Positions 52,100-64,000 of a stretch of 64,000 nucleotides of DNA are shown here, in pieces (the first letter of the stretch is position 1; each line of letters starts with the position of its first letter). The DNA is from Gordius albopunctatus. Lineage: Eukaryota. The translations under genes were made by a program, and so were the position numbers. Where the stretch lies: contig OZ193909.1 of NCBI GenBank assembly GCA_964276515.1, positions 62,001 through 126,000 on the forward strand. Direction: 5' to 3'. The notes beneath the pieces are model-generated. The model did not search any database. It saw only the letters and a program-made list of their open reading frames with translations, and was not told the DNA's origin.

Positions 52100-55000
52100 T
52101 TAATTCATTCTGAGCTTAAGTCCAGTTAGATTGTCTACCCTCATCAGTTCTCTCTCAGTGATCTAAATGGCGTTGAAATGAAGTCTTTGAATGAGCACTT
52201 TTACAGTGATAGATCAGGCCATAGAAACAAAACACAAGGCTAAATATTTTTAAGGCCCTTCCTTTTAAGGAGCCAATCGTTAATTAGATCCGGGCATTCA
52301 CTTCTGTTGCAAAACCTCCCTCTTGAGGTAACATCAAGCTGAGTTATGTGAACCTGTCTTTGTTTTTGTACTTTAGATGGTCATCCAGCGATTTTCCATC
52401 TATACCGTTTTCCCATAGTTCACATTCAAACTTCAACACATATCCAGCTAAGCGTTTTGACCACTTTTCGGCTTCTTCGAATGCTTTCTTCTTTGTTTCG
52501 CATAGTACTATATCATCGGCATATAGCATACACCATGGCGATGGCTTTTGAATCTCGTTAGCGTGCCCATAACTTTATTAAAAAACTCGGGCTTAGGCCC
52601 TCGTGGGAAGGGGGAGGGGGAAGGGGAGGAGGGGAAAGGAAGTGGGAAGAGAGGGACAGGAGGGAAGGAGGAACGACTCATCTATACTCCGTATAAAAGT
52701 AGCATATTTGCTATGCAATTTATGGGCGAGAATGTCTATAGGGCGGTACTAAATGCAAAATGATTAGTTAATTATTAATACAAATTTTCCATTTAATCAA
52801 AAAAATTGGCATATTCGGGATATGTTAGCCAAAAAAAGGGGAAAAATTTCGTATCACAATTTGGCCAATGTTCATTTTAAAAAGTCATATTATCAATGGT
52901 ATTAACAAGAACAAAATATTAATTTAATTTAAAAAAAATTGTCCTCTCCGGGTATCAAACCAGCAAGTCAGAACGTGTAGTAGTGGTGGAGTTTAGGATC
53001 CCCATGAATCGGCAATTTGCGCACCGAAAGAATAAGCCATACCCTCGGTATATGCTGCAGTATCGATTAATTTTGGGGTTTACTCTACCGCGCCTATATT
53101 ATGAAGAGGAGCTTTATGATTGCTTGTTTTTTATAAATTATCAAGGTCACCACAACATAACAGGTATTTAGGGGTTGTCGACAAGAACTCGCGAATAATA
53201 TTTACGCTATAATTACTACGTTGTGGTGGAGGGGGAGGGGGTAAGGAGTAAGTTTTTTCCCCTTATTTACTGAGCCTTGTCATGTTAGAGGATATAGGCG
53301 CATGGAAAGAAAAAAATGTAGCTCATTTATCTAAACGTTGAATGTGTAAGGCTAATAAAAGCGATTTATTTTTATTTGTGAATCGTTTATATCGTTTACA
53401 AAAAGGAGTTATCTGCCGCTATCAAGTTATCATTAGATTTGCACCACGGCAATGAGAATATAGCAAAAAAAATAAGAAATAATAGAAGTAGCGACAAATA
53501 TATGTTAGATTTACTTTGCATGCAACCGCTTAATATGATATGAAATTTTTTTTTATTAATTTTGGTATTGCAAATTCAATAAATTGATCCACTAAAATTA
53601 GGCCTTTTAGGGTAGATTTGGCCTCATTTATTCCAGTATTTATTAGGAGGGAGCTATCTAATTTTTAAAAATAAATTTATGAAAGATTTTTCCAATTTAT
53701 GAAACCCGTTCCCATGTGCTAATGCGGCAAAGGAGACAATCTCAGTTGATAAGCAACATCAAAACCAAGAAGATGATTAGGGGGCAATAATAATTTGTGA
53801 AGTTTGAAATTTTAGCCTTTACTTAAAAACAATCTGGTCAATGGTCATTTTTTTCACTGGTCAGTAGCCAGGACACGGTCAAAAAGGATGTAAATATATA
53901 AGAGACGAAAAGAAATTTCGAATTACAATTTGGCCAATGGTCATTTTATTCATTGGTCAGTAGCCAGCGGACGGCTTAATACATAAGAGACGAAAAAAAA
54001 ACAAAACAAAAAAATTTCGAATCACAAATTGGCCAATGGTCCTTTTATTTATTGGTCAGTAGCCAGCGGATGGCTTAATGCATAAGAGACGGGAAAAAAA
54101 CAAAATTTCGAATCACAATTTGGCCAATGGTCATTTTTTTCTATTGGTCAGTACCAAGAGATGGTCTATAAATACATACGAGTCAAAAAAAACGGAAAAA
54201 AATTTCGATTCACACTTTTGCCAATGGTCATTTTTTCCATTGGTCAGTAGCCAGGACATGGCATATTATCAATGGTATTAACAAGAACAAAATATTAATT
54301 TAATTCAAAAAAATAAAAATTTTTGTCCTCTCCGTGTATCGAACGAGAAATTAAGAATTTGCCCTCGACGGGATTCGAACCCACATTAGTAGAGGCATAG
54401 GCTTTTGTGGGGGGGGGGCATAGGGACCCATATCAGTAAAGGCATAGGCCCTTCTAGGGGAGGGCATAGGGTAATTATAAATGTTAGCCAAAAAAACGAA
54501 AAAAAAATTTGATTCACAATTTGGCCAATGGTCATTTTTTTCAAAGGTCAGTAGCCAGAACACGGTTAAAAAGTCATATTATCAATGATATTAACAAGAA
54601 CAAAATATTGATTTAATTTAAAAAAATTTTGTCCTCTCCGGGTATCGAACCAGCAAGTCAGAACATTTAAAGAACGGAAAACGGACGGACAACAAAAAGC
54701 GAGCCCATAAATTACATAGCAATTAATAAAAAGAAACTTAAAAAAGAACCTTGATGTGATCTAGTATCAACTCGAAAAGGTTTAGAGTCTCTAACTGTCA
54801 TCCTAACGCTAGAATTTGAGGCTTCATATATATATTTTTCCTAATCCGTATATTTACGTCAGGGATATTTTGTTTCCTCAGGCACCACCATATTAAATCG
54901 CGGGGGACCGTGTCATAAGCTTTCTCCAAGTCGATAAAAACCATATGTAGGTCTTTCCTCTTTTCACCATACTTATCCATCATTTTTATTAGTGCAAAGA

Positions 55001-55900
55001 TTGGGTAGATTGTGGATCTGTCGGCCACGAATCCGAATTGATTAGCCGATATATCCACCTCGTTTTTAAGCCTTGTTACTAAGATCCTTTCCATAAGCTT
55101 TAAGGAGTGGCAAGTTAGCTTGATACCTCTGTAATTACCGCAGTCTTGAGGGTCTCCTTTGCCTTTAAATAAGGGTATAATCGTGCTTGCTCTCCATTGA
55201 TTAGGAATCCGCTCTTCTACCAATATCTTGTTGAGGAGGTTCGTCATGTTGATGACTCCTTCTTCACGATATCCGAGCAATGCTTCCATAGGTGTTCCAT
55301 CGGCCATTAGAATTTTCTTTTTGCATCTTGTTTATTTGTGTCCTAAATTTATCCTCCTGAAAGAGTTCGATCATACTTATGTTTGGCTCAATGTCGCGAA
55401 GAAGCTTTGTCATTTGCGATATTCTTAATTTTCTAAAAATATCCTTTCCACCACTTTCTTCGGTTTCAATAAGGTTGACCCTTCTCGTTTTTGACTATTT
55501 TAAGATATCTACATCGCGAATTTTCTTCTCCTTTATCTTGGACAAATTGTACATAAGCCTGTGGCCCCCTTTATGGTCCAGTTTGTTTATCTAGTTGTAC
55601 GCGGCAATCTTGGCTATTGCAACGGCCTTTTTCGCGACTCTCTTTGGCTACCTATACTATCGATACTCCGACATTTTTGTTTTAAGCAACCGTCTATATA
55701 GATTATTATTTCTTTCGATGAAATCCCTAACCGATTGATCCACCACCATAGTTCCCTATTCATAGCTTTGCCTCGTTTTATCTGTCCTGGAACTCGAATC
55801 GCTGTTTCATTTATGTCCTTAGTCAGTCTCCGTCTCTTATAGGCAGGCGATGTGTACCTTTCTTTTTTTAGCATTTGTGCGACCTAGATGTTCTTTCCCG
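52100..55900 (-). mobile_element. Decayed RTE-like LINE, split by a Helentron-like insertion
   Basis: PLFKGKGDPQDCGNYRGIKL, NQFGF, VFIDLEKAYDTVPR and HQGS.LS (~54760), then PWCMLYADDIV (~52540) on the far side of the insertion. Confidence 0.85.
52584..54725 (-). mobile_element. Helentron/DINE-1-like element with an unrelated internal segment (~52980-53800)
   Basis: Stem-loop end gggcttaggccc, subTIRs ttgctatgcaatttatgggc / gcccataaattacatagcaa, short GGAC tract and tandem units. Inserted in an A/T run without a TSD. Confidence 0.75.
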
Positions 55901-56321
55901 TCAACGTTCCCACATTCTAGCATGTTATTCGCACTCTTTCTTCACTACTTTCCTTAACCGCCTTCTTTGTGAGTTGGGCAATAGCCATCGTGTATTTTAT
56001 AAATTGCACAAGCGGGGTATGCAATGTGCCTCATTTCTGGAAGACGCCTTAGCTTTCTGTTCCAATATTTTGTTTAAAACTATCCTTATTTTTGAGTTGG
56101 TTTTTATAGCCGGTTTCCGGCCTGACGTCAGCCCTCTACTTTTTAAGCACGGACTGGGGATAATTAGTATATTTTGATAGGGTATATAACAAAAAAGCTA
56201 AGATAGGTATAAGAGACCCGGTGTGTCATATGATGAGTACTAGCACAGGGGTTGATAAAAAATATGTAGAGACAAACCCACCCCACTATAATGGAAACAG
56301 ATTTGGACCGCTCTTACTCTT

Positions 56322-56990
56322 TGTCGTGTCCGTATATATTCCTTTGTCTATCAATACGCATCATTCAATTTGATAACGCGATTCTATTTATTATTATTAT
56401 AATTTTTCACTCTTGGATTGATAACTAATAAATTGATTAAACCTGACATGTAAGGTTTGGTAGAATTAATACTACCCTTACCGGGGAATAGGCTGTCCCT
56501 GGCCCAATATATCCCTCTATCCTAAATTATCCCAATAGATTCTTAGATTCCTTCAAATAGCTAATCGTATATTTTTTAAAGATATAAAATTGCTGTCCAG
56601 AAGATAAAAAAAATCCCACTTCTGACACCATTTTTCTATTTTTTATTTTAAAAGATATACGAGCGGTGATATAGGTGAATTATAAGATGGAGGGATAGGG
56701 CCGGAATAAGGATATACTTAATTTTATTAAACCTTACATGGCCGGTTATTTTAATTTATTAATTATAAAAACTAAGAAGAATAAGTATAATAATCGATAT
56801 AAAAATTATCAATACGATAACACGCGTATATCAAAATCACTGATGCGTGTTGATAGAAATAACAAACACGTATATGGGCGTGGGGGGGGGGGATAACACA
56901 CGCGTACTGGAAATTAAATGTAGTAGAGTTCTAGGAGTTGTATAAATAACCATCTGGCATCCGGGGGGGGGAATATATACGGATACGACA
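56322..56990. mobile_element. Foldback-like element with TG...CA ends and 5-bp TSD
   Basis: TIR tgtcgtgtccgtatatattcc / ggaatatatacggatacgaca, TSD ctctt, and a degenerate internal palindrome centred near 56610. Confidence 0.75.
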
Positions 56991-57315
56991 CTCTTAGATC
57001 AAAAGTTAGCTAAGTTAGTAAGCAGATCACTTAACAAACATATTTTACTTTAGGTAATAATATGAAATTAGAAGCATTACTTTAATACCAAGCATGACAA
57101 TGATTTATAGCTCCGAAAACGATGGCATCGCTTTACATTTAAATATTATGTCGTTGTTGCTTTAAGCATTTTTTATTTATACCCTTAAAGGCTAAATTCA
57201 GATTAACCCAGTGGCCTAGCCAGTGGAGGAGAAGCGGGAAATTTCCATTCCTAGCAAAAATTAGAAAAAAATTCTTTTGATTTATAAATAAATTATTAGA
57301 TAAAAATAAAAAAGA

Positions 57316-59125
57316 AACTCGGGCCTTCGGCCCTCGTGGGAAGGGGGAAGGGGAGGGGGGAGGGGAGGAGGGGAAGGAAGGGGGAACTCATCTACACTCC
57401 GTATAAATGTATCATATTTGCTATGCAATTTATGGAAATACTTACGTGAATATTGCAAAACGAAGGTTGGAAGCACTAAATAAGTGTATATGCCAAATAT
57501 CATAAAGGGGGAGAGAGGGAGCGAAGGGGAAGCTTTATGGTTAGTTAAATTCTACGGGAGTTGTATTACCAAAAAGTCATAATAGCAATGGTAGGAACAG
57601 GAACAATCATAATATTCAAAAAAAAACGAAAAAAAAATTTTCGAATCACATTTTGGCCAAAGGTCATTTTTTTCAATTGGTCAGCAGCCAGAGGACGGCC
57701 AAAAAGTCATAATAGCAATGGTAGGAACAGGAACAATCATAATAGTCAAAAAAAACGGAAAAAATAATTTCGATTCACATTTTGGCCAATGGTCATTTTT
57801 TTCCATTGGTCAGCAGCCAGGACACGGTAAAAGTGGATATAAATTCATAACAGTCAAAAAAAACGAAAAAAAAATTTTCGAATCACATTTTGGCCAATGG
57901 TCATTTTATTCCATTGGTCAGCAGCCAGCGGACGGCCAAAAAGTCATAATAGCAATGGTAGGAACAGGAACAATCATAATATTCAAAAAAAACGAAAAAA
58001 TAAACTCGGATACACATTTTGGCCAATGGTCATTATTTCATTGGTCAGCAGCCAGCGGACGGCCAAAAAGTCTTATTATCATTGATAGTAACAAGAACAA
58101 TCATAAGAGTCAAAAAAAACTCCGGTATTCTAACCCAAAAACTAGATAAATTGCATAGCAATTATTAAAAAGTATAGGGTAATTATCAATGTTAACCTAT
58201 TCAAAAACGAACAAAAAATTTTGATTTATTTGGCAAATGGTAATTTTTTTCAATTATCAATGTTAACTTATTCAAAAAGGAAAAACGAAAAATTAGGATT
58301 TATTTGGCCAATGTTCATTTTTTCATTGGTCAGTAGCCAGCGGACGGTCAAAAAGTCATATTATCAATAGTATTAACAAGAACAAAATATTAAATTAATT
58401 AAAAAAATAAAAATTTTGCCCTCTCCGGGATTCGAACCCACATTAAATAGAGGCATAAGCCTTTGGAGGGGAACAGGGAACCATATAAATAGAGCCATAG
58501 GCCCTTGTAGGGGAGGGCATAGGGTAATTATCAATGTTAAACTATTCAAAAACGAAAAATTAAAAATTTCGATTTATCTGGCAAGTGGTCATTTTTTCAT
58601 TGGTCAGTAGCCTGCGGACGGTCAAAAATTCATATTATCAATGGTATTAACAAGAACAATATATTAATTTAATTTAAAAAAAAATAAAAATTTTTGTCCT
58701 CTCCGGGTCTCGAACCATCAATTTAGAACGTTCGCCGGGATTCAAACCCACATTAAATAGAGGCATAAGCCTTTGGAGGGGAACAGGGAACCATATAAAT
58801 AGAGCCATAGGCCCTTGTAGGGGAGGGCATAGGGTAATTATCAATGTTAAACTATTCAAAAACGAAAAATTAAAAATTTCGATTTATCTGGCCAGTGGTC
58901 ATTTTTTCATTGGTCAGTAGCCTGCGGATGGTCAAAAAGTCATATTATCAATGGTATTAACAAGAAAAAAATATTAATTTAATTTAAAAAAAAAAAAAAA
59001 TTTGTCCTCTCCGGGTCTCGAACCCGCAACCTCCAGGTCGGGAAGCTGGTGTAAATAACTTGGTGGACGGACGGACGGACGGACGGACAACCAAAAACGA
59101 GCCCATAAATTGCATAGCAATTAAT
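57316..59125 (-). mobile_element. Most complete Helentron/DINE-1-like element
   Basis: On the minus strand: subTIR ttgctatgcaatttatgggc, (GTCC)6 microsatellite (59064-59088), central tandem repeats including a ~310-bp duplication (58390-58710 / 58700-59020), second subTIR (~57418-57435) and terminal stem-loop gggccgaaggccc. Confidence 0.78.
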
Positions 59126-61014
59126 TAAAAGTATTTACAGCAATTGGATATAGGACTCAGACACATTATTACCTTAAAGGTTTATATATACTCTTTCATT
59201 TTGAATTATATTTAATACAAAAAGGTTTTGATGCATCATTTATCTTTTCCGAATATATCTATTATTCACTTGGTCATAACAAAAAGATTATTGAGCATTT
59301 TCCTCACTACCTGGCCCTCCCAGCAACATCTAGTAAATAGCATTTTTTATAAATTATAGGCGGTATAATTGCTTTCCAGTTAATACCATTTTCACCTACT
59401 GCAAACAATTGAAGAAAAAGATTTTGACGTTCAACAAGTGATTTGACTCGCGGTAACATTGCAACATAGAGGAAATATCGAAAAAACAGTGTTGACAAAG
59501 AGTTTTACCAAATGTTTATAAGCGAATGTTAGGGCTGATTTGTATTATTCAGATCTAAAAATACCCCGATTTGTCAGGAGGCAAAATTTTCTTACTAATT
59601 TTTCAACTGATTTCATTGAGGTTTGTTGTGAATCGCTTTGAAATTTATTGGTCCGTCCTGATTAACTTGTAATTTGGTCAATAATTGCCGTGTAAATGAA
59701 TACGGGTTTTAAATGGGTGCTGTGGACTTATGCTGCTTCTGTAGAAGACTTCTTTTACTTTGCTGCTTTCGCAAATACACTAGCTAATGTCCGTCGATTG
59801 GCTCTACTTTTTTCCACCTCGCCCCCAAATTCCATTATTGAGTTGTGCCCCACTGATTACCTGCTGTTTATATAGACATTTCTTTTGGCAACTTATCTAC
59901 GTTTGCTTTATAACATAAATGCCAAACTGGCTCATAATTCTCTCTAAATGAATGATGAGCCTTGCTTACTTCCACTTTGTCTGCACCGGCCAGATGCCAA
60001 CCTCTCTCCTTCTTACTTGCTATTTATTTTTGCTCCTTTATGAGTTTCTTTGTTGATTAATTATAACGGATAATTGCGCAATCGGCTATATAATTTCCTG
60101 CAAATTAATGCTGACCGTTGCTTTAAATTAACAATATTTATCCCATTTTGATTCTTTAAGTTGTAGCTAACTTATCAATCAATGGGCGAGAAACTCGAAG
60201 AAACTTTCTTGGTCAAATTGTACCCTATTGAAAACAGCATAAGCATCAACCTAAAAACAGAAATTAATTTACCCTGCATGGCTTTGTTTAAAACTCGAGA
60301 CGAGGCAAGTCGTTCCATGAATGCACTCAAAGCCATTGCCTAACCCTAAGCCACACCGGTTTGTTTCCCCATAACCAATGCTCAGAAGATTTAGTGTCAA
60401 AACATAAATTAAAATCCTGGAATTTCATGTGAAATTCTAGATAGGCAATTGCTGGGCAAAATAAAAATCAACATTGTTTATTGGCTATTTTTTAACATTT
60501 TATATTCTACATACAGAATTTATATCTTTATTAGAGGTGATGTATTTAAAAAAAATTGCCAAATCTAGCCCGGTCAGATTCTATAACAACCGTCTCGTGC
60601 CGCCCGTATCCCTCTACGAGTCTGCCCCGCGTTTCCTAAATTAATAAAGCTGCACGGCTCGACAAGATGATATTTTAAATTTTTAACAGTAATTTCGTTA
60701 TATTTTCGGATTTTTTTAAAATTAAATTCTCATTTTTTCGCATAAGAACTACAATTAATAATAATTATTAATATACAATCTAATGAACAATCGTCAAAAT
60801 AAGACACGAAAACAAAATAATACGCTATATAAAAATCTCATTGAGTTTAAATTGCCCGAATTTTGTTATGGTGCGCGCCAGGACCTGCCCTAAAATCTAA
60901 TTTGGACAATTGTGCCGGGCAGAGGGCGGGGTTTCTGGTCTCTGACTTATCACATATAATGAGAAAAATATGGGAAATTCCAACCCCGCAAAAACCTCTA
61001 GCACGTTTTATAAT

Positions 61015-62686
61015 CAGAGTCGTTAAACGCACTTCAAAAACCGGTTCCGCACTCGCACCAGTTTTAACAAAGGTGCGCGCACTCGCACATACAATTTGAT
61101 TGCACTATAACAAAATCTCTATAAATTTTTATTTACTCAATTATTAAATAAAAATAAGTAACAAAATTACCTTTAGATGCCTAGTCAAATTGAAACAAGA
61201 TCTAGAAGAAGTCTTGCGTGAGTTTGGCATTGCTGCATAAAAGACATTGCAACTCAAAACTAAGTGTAGGTATTATGCTGATTATTATCTTTAAGTTTAA
61301 ACATATTAGCATATTTTGGAAATGGAAAAATTGTCATGCATGATGTGCTTGCTACATTTATGCTCGATTCTTCTATTTCCATAACTCACAATCATATTAT
61401 AGGCAGTGAGAAAAGAAAAGAGTAAAAAATTGGATAAGGAGTACTATGACAACCAATACAATAATACAAATTAAAAATTAAAATTAATTAACGAATTTAA
61501 TATATTTTAATCAAAATTAATTGTAATTCGATCGTTATATGTGATTAAACTTACGATAGCAAAGATATGTTTAAAAGTGTTTGAAATATTAAGATAGTAA
61601 CGGGAGATGACAATATTCCAAAAAACGCTGAATTAAATATATTATCATTATTCGAATATTCGATTGTAATTCTTTAATCCTCGGCTCGATGCTACATCAA
61701 GAGGGAGGTTGAACAACAGAAGTCAATGCCCGGATCCAAAAAGGATGGCTTAAATGGCGAAGTATATCCGGTGTTTTGTGCGACAAGAAAATGCCAATAT
61801 GGTTGAAGAGCAAAGCTTACGAATGCATCGTAAGAACGGTGTTACTCTATGGAAGTGAAACAAACATGGGCATTAAACACCACGGAAGGAAAGCTATTAC
61901 AAGCCACGGAGATGAGAATGATACGGTGGAGCTTGGGGTATACTAAGCTCGACCATATGACGAATGACTTTCTCATGACAAAAATGGGTATTCAATCTAT
62001 GGCGGACATGATTAACGAAAATCGGCTAAGGTGGTATGGTCATATACTATGGAGGGATAGAAAAGTACTGGACATGGAGGTACCGAGGAAGAGAGGAAGA
62101 GGACGCCCCCGTGTCACGTGGAAAGGGCAAGTCGATAAAGTTATGGAAACTAAAGAGATTAGTCAAGACATGGCACTCACCCGTTCAAGATGGAAGAAAC
62201 TTATCAAAACAAACCCCACCAATGTGGGACCAAATAACTGATAAAGAAGAAGAAGATTGTAATTCTTTAATCAAATTACCCGTCTGTGTTTTTAATCTTC
62301 TAATCTTAATAAACTTCAACTTTAATCGTTTTCGTGTTTTTCTATAGTTTATTTATTAAGAGACGAGTTCAAAAGTGTAAAGATTAATCGTTGATTGATA
62401 AAGTAAACACGTGAATAATGTGAAATATCGTGGTTAGATTATTTTTATTGTCTATCGATAGTAACCAATTTCCCGCCTTGTTATCTTCTCCACCAGGAAC
62501 ATAGATGTATGTTATATATATATAGTAAATCAGTAGAAATTTAATTTGTGAAATATGCGATATAATACAATTTCGAATAAATTAATAAATTGTAAAACTC
62601 TTAATGTGCGCAAAACAGGAGCCCAATTGCGCACCCGCACTCGCTCCCCTTCGTTATAAAAAAGTGCGCGCACCTCAACAACTCTG
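61015..62686 (-). mobile_element. hAT derivative with BED-finger remnant and nested RTE fragment
   Basis: TIR cagagtcgtt / aacaactctg, TSD tttataat/tttataaa and CGCAC subterminal repeats. Minus strand ~61170-61330 reads LQCLLC...CFNLTRHLK across a frameshift. Confidence 0.75.
61680..62255 (+). mobile_element. 5'-truncated RTE-like LINE with TSD
   Basis: EMRMIRW.LG.TKLD, RLRWYGHI and KRGRGRPRVTW; (GAA)n tail; 17-bp TSD attgtaattctttaatc. Confidence 0.92.
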
Positions 62687-63219
62687 TTTATAAAATATGT
62701 CTTTATTAAAATTTTAGAAATTAATGAGTTTGCGTGCATTTTGATTTTAATCACCTAGAATATAATTATTAATGATCAAACAGTTTCAATGTTAATATGA
62801 TTTAGTTCCAATTAATACTTTTAATATAATTGTAAAATTCTCAAAACTTATCACGCTTAAATTTTGGTACTAATCCATACAACATAATTTAAACGAGTTA
62901 AAATACCCGCTATTATATATTATTTGATCCTATTTCTAATTTGTGATCGCTGGCTGGCATAAATATGGACAGCAGGAACATTGCAACAAAATTAGTATGT
63001 ATAAAAGATGAAATAAAGTAAGAGCTCCTCCACACACAAACTGAACATCATAAGTAAGTAGCATTAAATGCCGAGGTACACTGTTTGTTTCAAGATTAAA
63101 TGCAATCAAACAGAATTGAAGATAGGGATTGTGGCGATTCAAAGATAGCGGCCTCTTTCTGTGAAAAGGATTTGCGATTCCACCATGCATGGCTATTGCT
63201 TGCTAGCTACTATTGCTCC

Positions 63220-64000
63220 TCAACTCATATTTGCCTCATTGTAGCGAAAATAGTTGATGAGCTGTTGTTGTACGATTTGTGGATTACTGCTCACAAATAC
63301 GAGTCCAGGGGTACCAGTTACCATACATTTCAGCGTATTGGTACATTTTGAAATAGCCGTATCGCCGTAATAATGAAGCCCTAGGACGGGACCTTTATTC
63401 AATAAATGAAACATAAAGATAATGGGCGTGCCAGTATTGGGATTAGGGGTAAGGATTTAGGGAAGGGTTGGCTACGATGCCCACGGTAAAGATGATCAAT
63501 ATAAATTCTAAAGTACGATATTCAACAACAATATGATATAGGCAAGTTAAAATATTGCTAAACAATACCGGCTGCTATGGTCCTTTCATAGTGACTCGAT
63601 CCAAATATACGCTGAGAGTCATTTTGGCTAATATCCAATTGGCGGGTTTGTATGAGTAAACATTCCGGCTATCAAATACATTACTTTTTTGATAGATAAA
63701 ACAAAAGTCTTACGTAACGTTGTTCCATTGCGGATATAAAGATTTTAGCGCGTTCGTCTATTTGACCATCCCAAAAAAAGACCACCAAGCAATGCTAATT
63801 TATTTATATACATATGTAAGTAAGCGTGTTTCGAAAAAAAATATTATAAAACTAACTTGAAAATTTTTTCCATCTACCACCTGGCGATCTGCAGCCCCAT
63901 TTTCTCTAGATAATTCGCACATGGGTAGTCCTTTAGTACTCAACACCAGAGATTCTTCTTTATTGATACTAATTGTGTTTAAAAAATCCTCGAAAGATCC
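63220..64000 (-). CDS. RP2: 3' exons of RP2/XRP2 (ARL3 GAP; C-terminal NDPK-like domain): 64000-63881, 63794-63714, 63668-63569, 63392-63220
   Basis: The spliced product HCLVVFFWDG...LLIQTRQLDISQNDSQRIF...GPVLGLHYYGDTAISKC...VFVSSN...INYF resembles human RP2 as recalled (SCLVVLF...LVQTKEV...DAQRVF...GPVIALEFNGDGAVEVC...MFVSES). Introns are GT-AG with phases 0, 0, 1. Confidence 0.82.

Noticed and set aside
57561..58149. Regularly spaced repeats superficially like a CRISPR array, with repetitive ORFs
   Set aside because: The spacers are homologous to each other, the context is eukaryotic, and no cas genes are present. These are tandem units of the Helentron-like element.
59300..60400. Moderately GC-rich, possibly decayed TE coding sequence
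   Set aside because: No identifiable motif or termini.
60532..60944. hAT-like MITE ending tttctggtctctg
   Set aside because: The right end resembles the 49913 family, but the left end and TSD could not be matched.
60972..60981. Perfect kB site GGGAAATTCC (similar motif at 57236)
   Set aside because: Isolated, between TE fragments and far from any supported promoter; expected by chance in 64 kb.

Overview
AT-rich animal (probably invertebrate) nuclear DNA with small GT-AG introns (35-60 nt at the short end) and a dense load of nested transposable elements. Five host genes can be reconstructed by hand-splicing: the 3' end of a shugoshin-like gene (+, 2-485), a divergent four-exon class C GPCR (+, 7003-11465), ABCB6 (-, 19459-16045, 3' end lost in an assembly gap), a Relish/p105-type NF-kB with RHD, NLS and ankyrin repeats (-, 40761-33049), and the 3' end of RP2 (-, 64000-63220). 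The TEs are two Ty3/Gypsy elements (one full length, with 279-bp LTRs and two nested hAT derivatives), an intron-containing PIF/Harbinger with convergent transposase and MADF/BESS genes, CRE-like and RTE-like LINE remnants, three Helentron/DINE-1-like elements whose tandem units carry tRNA B-boxes, and about ten hAT-type non-autonomous elements with 8-bp TSDs. The most notable points are the NF-kB (Ser at the redox Cys position, a ~590-aa linker, no GRR, no death domain), a Gypsy with near-identical LTRs but a badly decayed interior, and the B-box-amplifying Helentron-like repeat. All family assignments come from motif recall; no searches were run.
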